The notes under the pieces were generated by a model. The model had not been told where the DNA came from, made no database searches, and saw only the letters and a program-made list of their open reading frames with translations. From contig CAWCKY010000007.1 of NCBI GenBank assembly GCA_963796275.1, forward strand, positions 1-64,000: a DNA stretch of 64,000 nucleotides, written 5' to 3'. Positions 63,501 through 64,000 of this stretch are shown piece after piece. The position numbers and the translations under genes are program-made. Within the stretch, counting starts at the first letter, position 1. Every line of letters begins with the position of its first letter. This DNA is from an uncultured Acidobacteriota bacterium. GTDB taxonomy: Bacteria > Acidobacteriota > Blastocatellia > RBC074.

Positions 63501-64000
63501 ATTGTTTAGCACTGCCAACACGAATGGTTGGCAAACCTGGATGACAATCTCAAAAGCCAATGTCTCATTGACGGCAGGCGTTCAGGTGATGAGAGTGTTT
63601 CTTGATGATGCAAACTTCAATCTGGACAAGATTACATTTTCAATTGCGGGCGGCAATGTTCCGGTTACAGGTATTACCGTATCACCAACATCTCGGTCAT
63701 TGCCGGTCGGAAGTACTGTTCAACTCGTTCCTACGGTTTCACCTGCAATCGCTACCAACAAGAGTGTGACCTATGCGTCAAATAATAATGCGGCGGCTAC
63801 CGTAAACGGTTCAGGGCTAGTGTCTGCGGTTGGCACAGGTACGGCTGTCATTACGGTTACAACCGTAGATCAAGGTAAAACAGCTACGAGCGCTATCACT
63901 GTGATTAGTACTGCGACTGCTTACAGAATCAAAAATCGCTGGCAAAACACCTACCTATATGATGCGGGCGATCGCGTAAGATATAGCTCCACCGCTGCTG
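60547..64000 (+). CDS. Large secreted multidomain glycoside hydrolase (GH87 alpha-1,3-glucanase/mycodextranase-like beta-helix, PKD, beta-sandwich, CBM6-like, Big_2); 3'-partial
   Basis: Open frame from ATG 60547 to the window end, absent from the ORF track because it has no stop. Signal peptide; RGAYLMPYTRYEA, QSEASDR, RMRFDEV, FGAVPNDGQDD, GAGIWYT, RNNYADGIN, RNNGDDAIATW; APIANAGPDQ; WAKAGVMIR; IEFENFDTGGEGVAYHD; ATNKSVTY. Confidence 0.85.
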   Translation, partial: MKTITCLFLLCFFSLSVFAQSDGLPRGAYLMPYTRYEATSTSLAGGATLLGPTFDQTKVQSEASDRICASLSAANSSVSWLTTQAGQGLVLRYSIPDGQSGTLGLYVNNTFVQNINLTTKWAWQYFAKPGQGDPNLPSNTPNPNATQRMRFDEVRVFLANSIPAGASVKLQKGVDGITYMIDFIELEPIPQAVAFNPATMRSVTEFGAVPNDGQDDLSSFNSARIALQNSGRTLYIPAGTFNLGSTWNIETNISIQGAGIWYTTLYFTSTGSGGIVGNGDNIQLRDFYMNGENTTRNEYKGLTGGYGNNSVIERLWIEHFETGAWITTWNGAITNGLRVSFCRFRNNYADGINLTRGSSNCIVEQCNMRNNGDDAIATWSAFDGPQQCFNNEFRYCTAENTWRAGGIGFFGGGGHKGHHLLIKDSTENGIRINSDFPTVGSSFSSTLWIEVYETTVIGCGTNANLWHNRYGAVDIFTRLYNVQNFRLRNVDIQGSQKDAVMIYDVASTFRISNIEFINVTLNGAGLDGNINNYTPPTYDDYAGYGIYVLPETDGSMTITNTNICNTPSGQTRNDSAATFVINGTHSSICDGNTNNAPIANAGPDQNLASGTTSANLSGSATDANGDPITYSWSQIGGPTATITENSSATTSVTGLSSGNTYVFRMSASDGEGGIGTDDIQITVQSPPSNLPSPWVTGDIGAVAASGFASYNSSTATFTANGSGADVWDTADEFRYIYQPINGDVTITARVASLANTNVWAKAGVMIRASTAAGSQHAFTTVTPGNGVNFQRRATTNGISENTGGGAGAAPYWLRLQRIGNTFTSSASTNGTNWTTIGSATISMGATALVGLAVASHADGTIATATFSNVQISTQSPSTQDPFPGPGPAAIPGTIEFENFDTGGEGVAYHDNEAANEGGQGRTTEGVDTEICSEGGLNIGWTATGEWYEYTVNVATAGVYNIDVRVASMFAGGAFHIEFNGVDNTGLFSTANTNGWQTWMTISKANVSLTAGVQVMRVFLDDANFNLDKITFSIAGGNVPVTGITVSPTSRSLPVGSTVQLVPTVSPAIATNKSVTYASNNNAAATVNGSGLVSAVGTGTAVITVTTVDQGKTATSAITVISTATAYRIKNRWQNTYLYDAGDRVRYSSTAA

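Noticed and set aside
1-64000. tRNA or rRNA genes
   Set aside because: None recognised by eye. A tRNAscan-SE or Infernal run would be needed to exclude them.

Overview
The window looks like soil Acidobacteriota DNA (Blastocatellia-like). This is inferred from gene content and repeat styles, not from a marker gene. (1) 1-14.5 kb holds the end of a polysaccharide locus (FkbM methyltransferase, gmd), a patch of gene remnants (YfhO-like, tyrosine integrase, alpha/beta hydrolase, tnpB), a DUF1080/DUF1592/DUF1552 operon and IS1-family elements. Frameshifts are dense here and probably reflect long-read consensus errors. (2) 14.6-27 kb holds a CHAT/TPR protease, a Ser/Thr kinase-TonB fusion, sugar-acid dehydrogenases and a membrane-anchored ECF-like protein. 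(3) 28.2-44.2 kb is the main finding, a self-supplied terpenoid cluster. It has an ECF sigma factor, two class I terpene synthases, a polyprenyl synthase, a class II beta-gamma cyclase, six mevalonate-pathway genes and an unusual fusion of a drimenol-synthase-type class II beta domain to a class I alpha domain. (4) 44.7-50 kb holds bioB, an M36 peptidase and a Tat-exported Nif3-like protein. (5) 50-59 kb is a two-component region with three sigma-54 promoters, tandem putative enhancer sites and a response regulator whose receiver domain duplicates that of the NtrC-type activator. (6) From 60.5 kb to the end is an AT-rich multidomain GH87-like glycanase that the ORF track missed. All calls come from motif recognition by eye; no searches were run.
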